A stretch of 64,000 nt of DNA from Salpingoeca rosetta (lineage: Eukaryota > Protista > Choanoflagellata): NCBI GenBank assembly GCA_033442325.1, contig JAWQFM010000003.1:1961490-2025489 (forward strand), read 5' to 3'. The translations under genes and the position numbers were made by a program. The notes beneath the pieces were generated by a model, which worked only from the letters and a program-made list of their open reading frames with translations, was not told the origin of the DNA and made no database searches. Positions 49,742 through 63,608 of the stretch are shown here, piece by piece (the first letter of the stretch is position 1; each line of letters starts with the position of its first letter).

Positions 49742-52700
49742 AGTGAGTGAGTGAGTGTGTGTGTGAGTGAGGCACAATGAGTGGCGGATTTCAGGTCACG
49801 TGGTGTGCTGAAGTCCCACATTGCGGGTAGGGCGCCAAAAAGGCACGCAACGCAGGCGAACGTCATGACATCACGGCCACGGCGCCTGGGGCCGCCACTC
49901 ACCATGGTTTGCCTGGCTTTGGTGTACCACAGCTGAAACGGTTGTGCTTGCGTCAGAGTGATGAGCGCTTTCTTGAGTAGATCCGGCCGGTTGGAGTCCT
50001 GCGTCAGGTTCAAGACCTTCATAATGTCTCTGTGATAAGGCCGGAAAGGATAAGAACAAGACACATTGTGTGCAGGCGTGCATGCAAGTGTGTGGGCGTA
50101 TGTGAGAAGACAGAGAGAGGAGGGGGTCAATACTTTCGACACGAAACCAATGACAAGCAAGATGAAATTGGGTTCGCGCGCGCATGGTTGATCTTCGACT
50201 TACACGGGCATTTGAGGAAACCCAAGCCTGACGCTGTCTTCAAACAGCTCCACAACCTTCTCCACGTCTTTGGACGCAAAGGCCGCCTGTTCAACAGGGA
50301 CACGATTGCATACAACAGCAGCACACACAATGAGTGGTTTCGCGACACAGGGCACATGATGACAACCCCGAAAGCGCAGCGCAAGCAAGACGCGCACTCC
50401 CACAGCGCTTAATGATGGTCATGTCACGAACCTTAAAGAGCCAGTGCCAGAGGTCCATGTTCTTGATATCGTCCATGTCGGTCGTTCGCCGGCGCGCCCT
50501 GCAACCAATGCATGCAAGCAACGATAGCACAATCGCGCGTGAAGGGAGTGAGCGAAGCAGTCAGCAGCAGCAAGAAAGCGCAGGCGTGTGTGTGAAGGTG
50601 TGTAAAGGTGTGTGTGAGCCTGTGTCTGTATCTGTGTCTGTGCGTCTGTCTGTCAACGTGTGTGCATGCTCTTCGTACGTCTCGCGACGCTCAAGAAAGT
50701 TGTCCACAGCGCCGCGGCAGAGATCCCGCAGCTCCGTCTTCATGTTCTGTGAGCCGAGCAAGCAACACGACAGCCGTGAGCAACACAGGAGATGGAACGT
50801 CCAGGCATGAGCACACATGTACCGACACTCATTAACGATTCACACACACACACACACATACAAGCACACACACATACAAGCACACGTGAACGCAAGCACA
50901 TTACCAAACACCAAAGAACACAGTATCATGCACACACACACACGCAAAAACACACAGAGTGCATTGCTCACCTGTTTGATGTACGCGAAGCACGTCCACA
51001 TGGTGTCGTAGGCGCCATTCTGGCAGAGGGTCCTCAGCACGTGCACCAAGTTGTCAATGCTGGGAGTAAGGAGAGGGAAATCACCAGCGAGCAGCTTGGA
51101 TACCATCTCCTCCGAGGTGAACGCGGTCGTGTTGCGCAGCAGACGGTGCGTAAAGTCCGTGGGCAGCGGCAGCTTGTTATCGGCGACAATGGACAGGACG
51201 GAGGCCAGGGACTCCGGAGAGTTGCGGGCAACAGCGAGCGCCACATCCCTGCACACGCGCGCGCACACATGGACAACAGCAGCAGCACCCGCGAATCCGT
51301 CAGCTCCAAGTGAGCACCCAATGCACGTGGTGAGCGGAGGGTGGTGGGGTGGTGGGGTGTGGAAATGGTGCTAACAATGACCACAACACGCGGTGCCAAG
51401 CCCTGCGTGACGAGGTGCGCGTGCCCTCGAGCCACGAGCCACGAGCCACGAGCCAGCGCCACCACGGTGATGAATGCCTCCCCCTTTCCCCTGTCGTCAT
51501 CCCAGACGGTGATCCTGACACATGTGGGCGCACCCCCAGCGACGCCAGCAACTCCAACAACGCCGGTGACCGCGCACAAACGCACAAACGCACAGGTGCA
51601 CGGGTGCCTCTGCTCTGATTGAGCCAAAGCACGAGCAGGGAAGAGCGATTGCTTGCACTTGTGGGCTGCTGGTGACGAACGGTCACGACCACACGTCATC
51701 CCTTAAGACGCCGAGGCGTTCGAGTTACCCACACTCAATGCGGGCACACACACGCACACACACACACACACGCACACGCATATATGCGCACACGCACGCA
51801 CGACGAAAGCACATCCTCGTCTCTGGCGCGTCGCCGACGCCTGGGGCGCATCTGCCGAGTCGGCAGCATGCACGCAATGTCCGGCTGCATTCACCCGACT
51901 ACACGACGCCCAGCATCATCGAAACAGGCTGGGAAGGGAGGGGGAGGGGAGACCACGCGGGCGCGGGCGTGGTGGTGGCGCTGGCTTTGGCGAGGGCACC
52001 ACATCTCGCAGGCACCGTGCTTGCACAAATGGCGGCGGTGGTGCGGATGCGGTGACGCTGTGGTGATGGTGGTGGGTGATTGGGGTGGTGGAAGGCGAGG
52101 ATGTCGTACCCGATGAAGGTGGTGGTGACGGTCGACGTTGTGCGCAGTTTCTCCTCAAAGAGCTTGGTGCCCATATCCTGCCAGCGGCCGCTGCTCAGCG
52201 CCTCAAACAGGCCCAGCTCCGCCTTCTCAAACTGCTTGGTCACGTCCAGCGGGCACATGGGCTGGTTCACCTTTTCACGTACGCGCTCGTACATGTCGAC
52301 GGCTGTGTCGGTGTCGCCGGTGTTGACGGCCTCTGTGAACAGCAGCGCCCACGCCTTTGCATCAAGCAGATCCTCCGCACGGCCCTCCAGCTGGAAGCAC
52401 AAGCACGCACACATGCACGTGCACAAGTACACGTAGATAGGCATCGGCACACATGCGCGCGCGGGCGCAGAAACGCCACATGGAAGGTGAGGGGACGTGC
52501 AATTGCAACGGCAGACGTGGGGTCATCTGCGGCCGTGAGGATGGCACACGGTTGAACGCACACGCACGCGCACAATAGGGCACACGCACACGCACACGCA
52601 CACGCACACGCACACGCACACGCACACGCACGCGCACAATAGGGCACACGCACACGCACACGCACACGCACACACACACGCACACGCACACGCACACGCA

Positions 52701-54243
52701 CACGCACACGCACAATAGGGCACACGAAACAAGAGTGCAACAGCACACGGCCGTATGCTCGGTGGTGTCGGAAACAGGACTGTCCAGCGCGCTGCGCACC
52801 TTTTCGCGAATGTGCTGGAGCGGGCGGGGCTCCTCCTTAGAGGCGGAGGCAGCGGCGGCGTCCATGTATGCCGAGAGCTGCGCGGCCGTCAGCGTGGGCG
52901 GGTCGGCCTCGAGTTCGCGCATCACTCGTTGCCGGACTTGCACGACTAGGCCTTTGCACTGCACGCAGCACGGGGGTGAAGGCGTGGGGTGGCGTGTCAT
53001 GTGAGTGAGAAGGGCAGGAAAGGTGGAAGATGTGGGGGAGGGGATTGTTGTCCTTGCTTGTTGAGCTGGCTGTTTGGAATGGTTGCTGCCTGCTGTGACG
53101 TGAAGCAGAGAATCAACGAACCAAATAATGCGGTGGGAGCATGCGAACATTGCTCGAAGCAACGCACCTCTGGTAGGATGGACAGTAGGCGCTGGAAGAT
53201 GGCGTCGGGCATTCCCTCCATGGTCGAGGGCTGTTGTATGTACAGCTTCTCCATGATTGCGCCAAATGCACGCGCAGAGTACTCTGAGAGGCACGCACAC
53301 AGGCAGACAGGCAGATAAAGGGGCAGAGAGAGGGGGGGAGGAAGGGGGGATGAGGGGGGAAGGAGCGACATGTGCGCGCACCAGAGCATCGCGCTCATGT
53401 GAGCATTAAAGGCCCACGGGGAGAGGCACACACGCGGCTGGACAAGGAGGCGGGCATGTTGGCATTTGCAATGTGGGAATGGATGTGTCTTCAAACAACA
53501 CTGACTTTGAAGAAAGCGCTCTGTCTCCTCTGTCCAGATGGAAATACCGCGCGATGCAGCCTCCACCAGCAACTGCAGCACACAAACACACACACAACCA
53601 CGCATACATGCACAACGAACATGCACAAGTATCCGTGCAGAAGGCATTGGCAACAAGATGAGGTGAGCGTGCGTATGGCATGGAAGCGCGTGTGTAGAGG
53701 GGGCGGGGTTGGGGAAACAAACAACGCAGACGAGAGCAAAGAACTGCACCACCACCACCACAATCATCACCACCACCACAACTACCACCTTCGCGATGGT
53801 GACGCTGGGAATGTCCGGGGCAGAAAGCGCCTGGGACAGGGCAGTCTGCAGGCGTTCGTCGGAGAAGAGGTCTGTCTCGCGCACAATCATCTGCGTTGGT
53901 ATTACGCAAGACGGGGATAGTGGGGTTCACGTGAGCTGATGTCCTTGAACAACGGCAGAAAACAAGCAAGGCAGACACTGTGCTGCGCCACGTCCAAGCA
54001 GAAGCATCGAGTGATGGGCAATTGGGGTGGTTGCTGGCCAGTGGAGTGGTGCATTTGCAAGTGGTGCATTGTCACCTTTGTGAGGAGATCTGCGGGCACG
54101 CTCTTCGCCTTCTCCAACGCCGCATCCAGCAGCGCCCTGGCAATATCCCGGTCTGGTGGTGGTGGTGGTGGTGGTGATGGGTTGCAAGGGATGGAGAGGA
54201 TGTGGTGAGGTACAGCCATCGACAAAGATCCAGAGAACGCACG

Positions 54244-54329
<86 letters not shown>

Positions 54330-57300
54330 AACAAACACACACAGGCGGTTGCCTGCACACACATATGCACAAATTAACACATAGCTCAATACAAAAGGCA
54401 CGACACGAACACGAGCACGAAGAAGCCAGCAACATGAGTGTGTCTGTATAAAGAATGCTTTCACCTGTGAGGAGACTGCGGGCGCTGAGATAGACAAAGA
54501 GGTCAACGAGCGGAGCGTCTGACTGTGGCATCAGCCCATCAACCAACTGCTTTGTATCAGCATCCTCCACCGTGTGCTGTACATGCAGGATGTCGTATGT
54601 GTCCCACTTGAGCTGCAGGCATGGGATGTATGTGGTTGCGTGTCCATGAGAGAGTGCAAGCATTCATGTCTAGGCATGCATAAGCGTGCTATAGTGTGGT
54701 GTGCGGGCGTGCACGTGTACGATATGGACTGAAAGGGCCATGGTCCATCTGTAACCGCTCATGCCAATAAAACCCACAAAACCACGTCAACCACACGATG
54801 TAAACGCTAACCCCCTTCCCCTATTAACTTGTGCAAGCAAGTGTGGGAGTGTGGCAGTTGAGACGCACCGGCCACACGCTGGCGATGGCCGATGTCCGCG
54901 GGAAGTCGGTGTTAAGGAACTTGCGCAGGCCTTGTGGTGGCAGCGTCACCTGTCGCATGAGAAGGCAAGGACAGAGGTCAACAGGGCGAGAAATTGTGCA
55001 CGTATGTGCGTGCGTGCATGTGCGTGGGTTTGTATGGATGTGTTGTGCGTGCGTGCGTACATGTGTTGTGCATGTGTGTATGTGCATGTGTGTATGTGTT
55101 GTGTTCATGGCTGTTTACCACAACACGGCCCTTGCCGTGCCATGCCATGCCTGACCAACCTACGCCACAACACACCTGGAATTTGCGGGCGGTCTCGAGC
55201 AAGCGGCGCATGGCAAAGGTGTCGCGCGAGGCCGCGATGAGATCCATGCAGTCGAGCATGAGCCCGACAGGCGGTGACACGTGGCGCCGCGCATCGTCAG
55301 TGATGGTGTTGATCATCCGGTTCTGAACACCACGAAACAAAATGGAAAGGAAACAAATCAAACCCCGCGCGCATATGACCAGCGTGTTGTTGTTGTGTAA
55401 CAATCGGATGGACACATGTGAGATCCCACTGAACATGGCAGCCGCTGCCACCACCGCCAGGCATCACACACAACACACACAACACACACACACAACACAC
55501 TCACAACACACACAACACACAACACACAACACACACACTGCCGCCATCATTCATCCAACGACTTGCAAAAACTCGAACCACCAACAACCACCAACAGCAC
55601 CACCATCAGCAACACCATCAGCAACATTCCACTCAACGCACCACATGCTGCATGTCGAGCTTGCGGCGGCGAGAGGGCGGGGATGGAGAGCGCCTGCGTG
55701 CGCCATTGCGATCGCCACGTCGCTCGCGTGACCGCCGGCCACCACGCCGCTCTCGCGTCAGCGACGGTGACGGCGGTGGTGACGGTGAACCGCTGCCGCC
55801 ACGGCCACCACTCCGACGACCACCACCACCAGCACCGCGACGGTCACGGTCACGGTCATGGCTGCGGCTGGGACTGCGGCTGCGGCTGGGGTTGCGGCGA
55901 GAGGACCCGCGGTCTGGAGATGGCGACGGTGACGATGGCACGGCGCCATCATCGTCATCATCATGGCCACCGGCATCGGCTGCATGCTCGCGGCGACGCT
56001 GCTGGCCTGCCCGTGATGACGACGACGACGACCTGCGTGGTGGCGACTGTGCTGGTGGCGACCGTGGTGGTGAGGCCTTGGCGCGCTTTGGCGGGTGCGC
56101 CTCCTCTGCCTCCTCTGCGGCGTTGTCCTCTTCGGCCGAGTAGAGCTCCTCAATGCGGGAGGGCCCGGGTGGCGGGCTCTCAATCTGCAGATCCGGGTCG
56201 TCAAAGTCGGCGATCACGGCAAAGTCGCGGTCGGGCTCAATCAGATCAGCCAGATCTGTCCAGAACCAGAGAATGGGGGGGAGGGGGATGCGAAGAGAGA
56301 AGGGGTGGCGTGCACGAGAAGCACGCGCCCGCGCGCATATGCACAAGCAGGTGTGAATGGATGGTGGAGTCATGATTGGTCCGTGGTCATGGTGCCCGCA
56401 GGTGAGACGTGCTGGACAAATAGGGGGGGGGGAGAGAAAAAGGGAGGAGGGTGACAGAGGGAGGGAAGAAGGAGGAGGGTAGCGAGCCATCTGTGCTCCT
56501 CGCCCAGACTTGGTTGCAAGGCAAGGCACAAGGTGCCGCTCGCTTGCCCCGCCGCTCGTCAGGATACACACAGCGCCTCCAGCAAGAGGTAATGCCGTTG
56601 TCCCGGCCCCTCATCGCCCTCACCCGTCCCCATGCCTCCTTGGCCCTTTGACTCCGGTGCTCGAGCGCGCGCGTGCACAGCCACACAGCACCGAGAGAGG
56701 GAGAAAGAGAGCGGATGACACAAGCGCTTGGGGAACTATCAGCTCCACCGCGCGAAAGTGGCAGCAGCAGCACACAATTGTTTGCCAGCAGTGATTCAAC
56801 GTGAGTACCAACCGTCGTTCAGAACGACGTCGCCGGCTTGCACTGGGGACGCCTTTGCGCGCTTGGGCACAGGTGGGTTGGCGGAAGGGGAAGCTGAGAG
56901 CGCCGCGGGCTCTGGCTTCTTCTCTGGGTTGCCGGCCGCGTCTGCGGCGTTGACGCTGGCCTCCCCAGCACGGATGGCGTCGCTGGCGCTGTCTGCAGGT
57001 GCCTGTACCGCCTGGCCTGCGTCCTCCTGCGTGGGCGATCCGGGGTCTGCTTTGCGCTTGCTGGACTCTGCGCGCATTTCCGACAGGCTCTTGATCTGGA
57101 TGTCGTTTATGGACACTGGGCGCGCCTCTGCGCCCTGCTTACCGCTGCCGCCGTCCTTGCCGCGCCGGCCTGCACCTGCTGACTTTGCCGGTGGCAGCAC
57201 CACTTCGCGTGCGGGCACGCGGAGGGCCTCCTTATCGCTTGCAGCCTGCCGCTGCTCCCGCCTGGCGGCCGCGGAAGCTGCCGCTGCCGGGGACTTGGCG

Positions 57301-57449
57301 CCACGACGCTCGCCTCTGTCTCGGCCTGCGTCTTCTCGCGCCCTGTCCCTGCTGTCTCTGTCTCTGCCGCCAGCATCTCGGCGGGAAGCGCGTGAGCCTC
57401 CACGACGCGCGCGCGGGCGACCCGACCTGTTTCTTCGAGCCCCCTGCAT
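46998..57449 (-). CDS. Large multi-exon protein: RS/Pro-rich ends, central alpha-helical (PPR-like) repeats, small C-terminal helical (SRI-like) domain
   Basis: Long coding exons 56796-57449, 55633-56257 and 46998-48850 with RSRS/RRRSPSP tracts. About 15 small helical exons, e.g. LLDAKAWALLFTEAVNTGDTDTAVDMYERVRE, LVHVLRTLCQNGAYDTMWTCFAYIKQ, AAFASKDVEKVVELFEDSVRLG. Start codon and single-gene status are uncertain. Confidence 0.6.
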
Positions 57450-58006
57450 GCGTGGTTGTACGTGTGTGTATGTGTGTGTGTGTGTGTGTCTCGTGTGTAT
57501 GTGTCTTGTGAATGTGTCTTGTATTGTCTTGTGTGTGTATGGATGTGGTTGTTTGGTTGCGGGTCTTGTGTGTCTTGCGGGTCTTGCGTGTGGTGTTCGT
57601 TCTCACATCAGGCAACAACCGACGCAGAGCAGTTAGACGCAGACGAAATTTGACGGAAATCTTTCGTTGATTGGTAATATCATTCACAACTTTCCGCACC
57701 GCCCACCAAACGACAAGCAAAGCAAAGAAACAAGGAACAAGTTGGCTGCTGCTGCCGCTGCTCTTGTGGGCGTGTGCTTGTGTTGTTTTGATGCGAGGCC
57801 CTTGACTGACCGTCCAGCAACGTGCCCATCCTTCTGTCCTCCTGAACTCCTGAACTCTGGTCTAGCTAGCGGTGTGGTGCTGACCCGCTTCCACTTACTC
57901 TTCATCGACTCGTTTGCCGTCGCCACGGAGAAGCAACACCTACCAGCTGCTGCAGCTGCTCGATTGACACAAACTTCCTTCTGCACCACCAGAGAAGAGA
58001 GAAATA

Positions 58007-59226
58007 ATGGACTCTCCGCAAGACATCTCGGTGTGGTCGCCGAGCGACTTGTCGATTCTTGTTGCTGGCGGGATCGTCGGCGCGTACCTCGTGTTCTTCC
58101 TCGTTGCCGGCTTCATCATCTTCAAGATTCGTCGATGCGTCCGCACAAGGCAGAAGAGAAACAGAAGAGCGCAGGCAGCACAAGGCACATTGGATCAGCG
58201 ATTCGGTGAGCTATGACCATGTGATCGTGGGCAATGCCACTACTGTTGATCTCGTTTGTGTCCCCTGGTATCGTTTTGGTGGCTGTGTCGGGTGCTCGTT
58301 GCTGCTGTTGTTTGTTTGTTTGTTGTTGTTGCTGTTGTTGCTGTTGTTGTTGTTTGTTTGCTGTTGTTGCTGTTGTTGTTGTTGTTGTTGCTGTTGTTGC
58401 TGTTGTTGTTGTTGCTTCGTTTCCCTCGTCCACTTTCCGTGGATCCGCGGTGGAGCCTTTCTTTGACTGTACATACCGTCCTTGCTGCTTTTCCATTCAT
58501 GTGTGTATTCTTGCTCGCCCTACCGTTGACACGCCTTCTCCCTCCAACAACGCGCTGTGGTGTACTGTGCTGTGGGCTGTTGATTGTCTTGTGTTTTCGG
58601 TTCTGTGTGCTTTCTGTTGTAGGTTGAGCAACATCCTTTTGTCATAGACGATCCCACCCATGTTCCTTGCTGTCTTTTCATATCGCTGTTGGTGTGTGGC
58701 GTGTGCGCGTGTTCCCATGTCCACTGTGCTTTTTCTCATCGCGCTTGTTGTGCCCTGATTGCTTCTCCCCTTTGTCTGAGCGAGAATCCCTTCTTCACGT
58801 GCTCATCTGTGTTGCCCTTGCCATTGTGTTTGCACGCGTGGCTATGCGATGACTCGCCTTGCCGCCCCGCCCCCCCCCCCTCTTTCCCCTCCTCCCATTA
58901 CGCGTCTTGCTCGTTGTGCTTTTGAACACCTACTGCCCACACTTCCCTGCCATGATGGTGGTGGTGGGGTGGTGGGGTTGGCCGTGACTGCCTGCGCTTG
59001 CCGCCTCCGGCCCTGTCGATGACTACCCGTGATGGCGGTGATACCACTCATGCCTTCTCGTTTGACTGTTGTCTTCCTTCCTTCCTCCCACCCTCGTTCT
59101 CCGCCTTGCTTCCACATCTCGCCCCCTTGCACACCTGCGTCTTCCGTCCACAAAGGTCGGATTGGGAACAACAAGGTCCACGTGTATGGTGCTGAGGCCG
59201 GGCCACGCACCGAGTCTGCAACCTGA
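58007..59226 (+). CDS. Small single-pass membrane protein (~90 aa, probably 2 exons)
   Basis: Exon 58007-58205 (TM ILVAGGIVGAYLVFFLVAGFIIF followed by KIRR..RQKRNRR). The G|gtgag donor joins in phase to the caaag|gtcgg acceptor at 59156, giving GRIGNNKVHVYGAEAGPRTESAT*. Confidence 0.5.
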
Positions 59227-59635
59227 TGTGGTGTTGCTGCTGTGTATCTGCCGCGCCTTCCCCTCATTGCTTCCGCATTGCTGCGTAATGTGTTGTGTTA
59301 CATGCTCCTCCTTCTGTCCCTTTGCATTTCCACGCGGCCCTGCCGCCCACTGCTGTACATAACACCACACTCCCCCCCCCCCCCACCACGCTGTCTTTCA
59401 TTATAAACGGAGACGACACGCAGTGCGAACGGAACAACACTGAGAGCGGGCGCATGTGTGTGCGTAAATGTGTTGGGGGCGGGGTGTTGTGCATGCGCCC
59501 CCAAAGCCACAGCCACAGTGCCATCCAACAACGCAAGACCACGCAACAACAACAACCCAGAACGCTTTCGCTTCGCTTCTTGCTTCTTTGCTGTTGATTG
59601 TGTGTTGTTTGTGTGTATTTTTGCTGCAGCGTGCG

Positions 59636-59977
59636 ATGACGATGATGATGATGATGATGTGGAGCAGGAGGCGGTGCTCGCTGGCTGTGTGCTTGCTGGC
59701 CGCGCTTGTTGTGGCCTTGAGCCAGGGCGCGCTTGCGAGCCCTGTGCATAGACAACACGAGCAAGCTAACGCCTCAGCTGCACAGCGACGGAACCTGCTG
59801 TGGCTGCGTGACCCATTGGAAGTGGCCAACGATGATCACATGCTGCGCAACGCACGTGTTCTGGTGGGTTGTGTTGTGCTGTCTGTCTGTCTGTCTGTCT
59901 GTCTGTCGTGTCTGTGTGTGTGCCTGTGTGTGTGTGTGTGTGCTATGTGTGTATATGTGTGTGCTATGTGTGTGTGC

Positions 59978-60019
<42 letters not shown>

Positions 60020-60522
60020 GTGTGTGTGTGTCTGTGTGTGTCTGTGTGTGTCTGTGTGTCTGTGTGTGCGTGCGCGCGTGTTTGCGTGTTCTTGTCCCGC
60101 CTCTTGCCCCCACCCCGCTTCCATTGTGTTGCGTACATTCACAACTCTAACCCACCCCCCACCCCCACCCCCATTTGCTTCTCACAGGTCACGGGCGGTG
60201 TGGGCTTCATCGGCTTCCACCTGGCTGCAACGCTGGTGCAGCTGGGCAACGACGTGGTCGTGCTTGACAACTTCAACAGCTACTACGACGTGCGTCTGAA
60301 GGAGGCGCGTGCGCACAAGCTCTTTGGCCACGGCGTGCGTGTCGTCAACGGTGACATCTGTGACTTCCGGCTCCTGGAGAAGCTCTTTGAGCAACACGGC
60401 TTTACACATGTGGCCCACTTGGCCGCCCAGGCCGGCGTGCGCTACTCTGTCAACCACCCGCACGACTACATCCGCAGCAACGGTATGTCCGTATTTATGT
60501 GTGTGTGTGTGTGTGTGTGTGC

Positions 60523-60569
<47 letters not shown>

Positions 60570-61865
60570 AGGTTTGCTTTCTACCTATCTGCCCGCTTGC
60601 CGATCTATCTCTGTCTGTCTGTCTCTCTCTCTGTCTTTCTGTCTGTCTCTCTGTTTGTCCGTTTTGCCTTTCCACATGTCTGCCTGCATGCCTGCCTGTC
60701 TGCACAACATTCTCTCACTGCTTCCCCTTCCACTCCTTCTTTGCCTGACAGTGGACTGCTTTGTCAACATCCTGGAGGAGCTGCGCACGAAGCCTGAGGT
60801 GAAGCTCGTGTATGCGTCGTCGTCGTCCGTATACGGCAAGGACGCCACCATCCCTTTTACAGAAAAGGAGTGCTCTGACAAGCCAACCAATGTGTAAGCG
60901 CACGGTTGTGCATTGTGTGTGTGCGTGTGCACGTGTGCGTTTGCGTGTAATTGTGTACATGTGTGTGTGTGGGTGTTTCTGTATGTTGCAGTCTATGCGT
61001 GCGTGTGTGTGTGTTTGTTTTTGTATGTTGCTGTCTGTGTGTGTGTGTGTGTGTGTGTGTACATGTGCGTACATGTGTGTGTGTGTGTTTCTGTGTGTTG
61101 CAGTCTATGTGTGTGTGTGTGTGCATCTATGCGCCTGTGTCTGTGTCTGTGTGTTTGAACATGCAATGTGCGCCTTCAACCCTTTCGCTCAATCCCCCTG
61201 CAACGCATTCACGCCTTTATCCCCTGCTGCTGCATCACCAGGTATGGCGCCACCAAGCGCATGAATGAGCTGCTGGCGCACTCGTACCACCACCTGTACA
61301 ACATCTCCGCCACAGGCCTTCGCTTCTTCACCGTCTTTGGGCCCTGGGGTCGCCCAGATATGGCCCCGTTTATCTTCACAGGTGTGTGTGTCTGTGTGTG
61401 TGTCTGTGTCTGTCTGTCTGTGTGTCTGTGTGTCTGTGTGTGTGTGTGTCTGTCTGTGTGTGTGTCTGTCTGTTTGTGTCTCTGCCTCCCCCTCTCTGTC
61501 TCCCCCTCTCTGTCTCCCCCTTCCTGTCTCCCCTCTCTGTCTCTCCTTCTTTGTCTCTGCCTGCCTGCTTGTCTGTCTCAATCCCTGACTGTGCCTGTGT
61601 GTCACGGCACCTCGACCCTAATCCAACACCCCCCCCCCTCGTCCTTCAAACGCAGAGCGTGTGATGCGCGGAGACACGATTGACGTGTACCACACGGCGG
61701 ACGGCGAGGAGATGCGACGCGACTTTACATATGTGGACGACATTGTGGACGGCATTGTGCGCAGTCTGCACCACGGCGCTGGGTATGACGTCTTCAACCT
61801 CGGCCGCGGCCACCCAAGTATGTTCATCGACACGACGTGGGGACTGGGAGCTGGGGATGTCGTGC

Positions 61866-61903
<38 letters not shown>

Positions 61904-61973
61904 TTTTGTGTGCATGTGTATGTCTGGGTCTGGGTCTGGGTCTATCTGCGTTCGCAACACTTCCTCATTATGC

Positions 61974-62019
<46 letters not shown>

Positions 62020-62416
62020 CCACATTCACACACACACACACACATCCGCATCCACATCAACACACTCTTTCTCGCCATTCATCCACCCATTCACGCTCAC
62101 ACCAACCCAAACCACGACAGCTTCTGTGCCGCAGTTTATTGAGATGATTGAGAGCGCGACGGGCAAGCCTGCGCGCCGCAACGATATGGAGGCGCACGCG
62201 GCCGAGCTGCCGGAGACATATGCCGACGTGAGCCACGCCGCAGACGTGCTGGACTACAGCCCCAAGATGGCCACGGACGAGGGCGTGAATGCGTTTGTCG
62301 GCTGGTACAAGTGGTACTCTGAGCAAGGCATGTTCCGCCCCTTCCCGCGCGCAGACTACTACTTCCCTGGCGGCCCCGCTGATGAGGCCTTCAAGCAGCG
62401 CCAGCAGCAGTTGTAG
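59636..62416 (+). CDS. UDP-glucuronate 4-epimerase-like (extended SDR) with N-terminal signal/anchor, ~6 exons
   Basis: [55 protein letters not shown] (YxxxK), [41 protein letters not shown]. Hydrophobic N-terminus [17 protein letters not shown]. Confidence 0.9.
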
Positions 62417-62691
62417 GCGGGCGCGTGCCGTGAATGTTGTTGTGTGCTGGCGTGCGTCTGTGTCTGTGTCTTCTGTCTGTGTGCGTCTGTGTTTGTCTGT
62501 ATGTCTGTGTGTCTGTGTCTGTGTCTGTGTGTACGCCCGTCTATGTACATCCCCCCCCCCTTGTGCTTGCATGTCTCTCTCGTCCATTCTCTCCAAGTCC
62601 ATTGCCTACGTGACGATCATTTCGAGTGAACACAACGCGAAGACCGTTTCAAAGCAGACAACCAACCTCTCCACACACCAAACAAACCCGA

Positions 62692-63608
62692 ATGATGATG
62701 CTGCGACTTGGTGCCGTTGCGTGCCTGGTGCTGGTGGCGCTGCTGGGTGCTGCTGCCCCGGCACACGGCGATGCACAGGCTGTGTAAGTCGAGTTGGCAC
62801 TGGCGAGTGTGGCAGGGTGTGTTCTGTCATTGATGCGAGACTGGGTTCTCATTGCTCTGCCTCTGCTTGTTCCACCTGCGGCCCTGCACCTGTGATACTG
62901 TCCTTCCCACACCAACCAGGCGACAGCTGACGCGAGAGGACCTGTCGCACAAGCGCGTGAGCGAGCTCAGGCGGTTTCTCGAGGAGCGCGGTGCAGACTG
63001 TCTTGGCTGCGTGGAGAAGACGCACTTTGTGGATCGGGCACTGGAGGTGCAGAGCTGGCCCCTGAAACCCTCAACGCCCAAGCCCAAGCCCTCGGTGTGT
63101 GTGTCTGTGTGTGTGTCTGTGTGTGTGTCCGTGTGTGTATCTGCATGTGTCTGTGTGTGTGTGTGTGTATCTGCATGTGTCTGCTCTGTGTCTATGTGTC
63201 TCTGTCTTTGTGTCTGCCTGTCTGTCTGCCCCTCTGCCCCTCCCCCTCCCCCTTCCCCTCCCCCTCTGCCTCTGTCCACGCCATGCCACGCCACGCCAAC
63301 GTAATCCCCTGCCCTTCCACTGCCCCCTCCCTTGTTGCCACGCCATCACATCACCACAGAAGCAGGGCGACCCCGACATTGACGAGATGCTCAAGGCGTT
63401 CCAGCAGGACCAGGAGCGCAAGAAGAAGATGCACGACATGCTGCGCAAGCAAGGCATCAACCTGGGTGACCAAGATGACGCCCAGGCGAAGATCCTGGAG
63501 TCACTGCAGAAGATGCGCAAGCGACCCGCCAAGCAGGACGACAGCGACAGCGCCGACCGTGACCGTGGCAGCGAGGACCACGAGCAGCACAAGCACGAAG
63601 AGTTGTAG
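62692..63608 (+). CDS. ER-lumenal protein with MANF/CDNF C-terminal-like (SAP-like, CxxC) domain and HEEL retention signal, 3 exons
   Basis: Signal peptide MMMLRLGAVACLVLVALLGAAAPAHG. Domain DLSHKRVSELRRFLEERGADCLGCVEKTHFVDRALE (compare MANF LRVKELKKIL..GETCKGCAEKSDY). Helical tail ends ...HKHEEL*. Confidence 0.78.
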
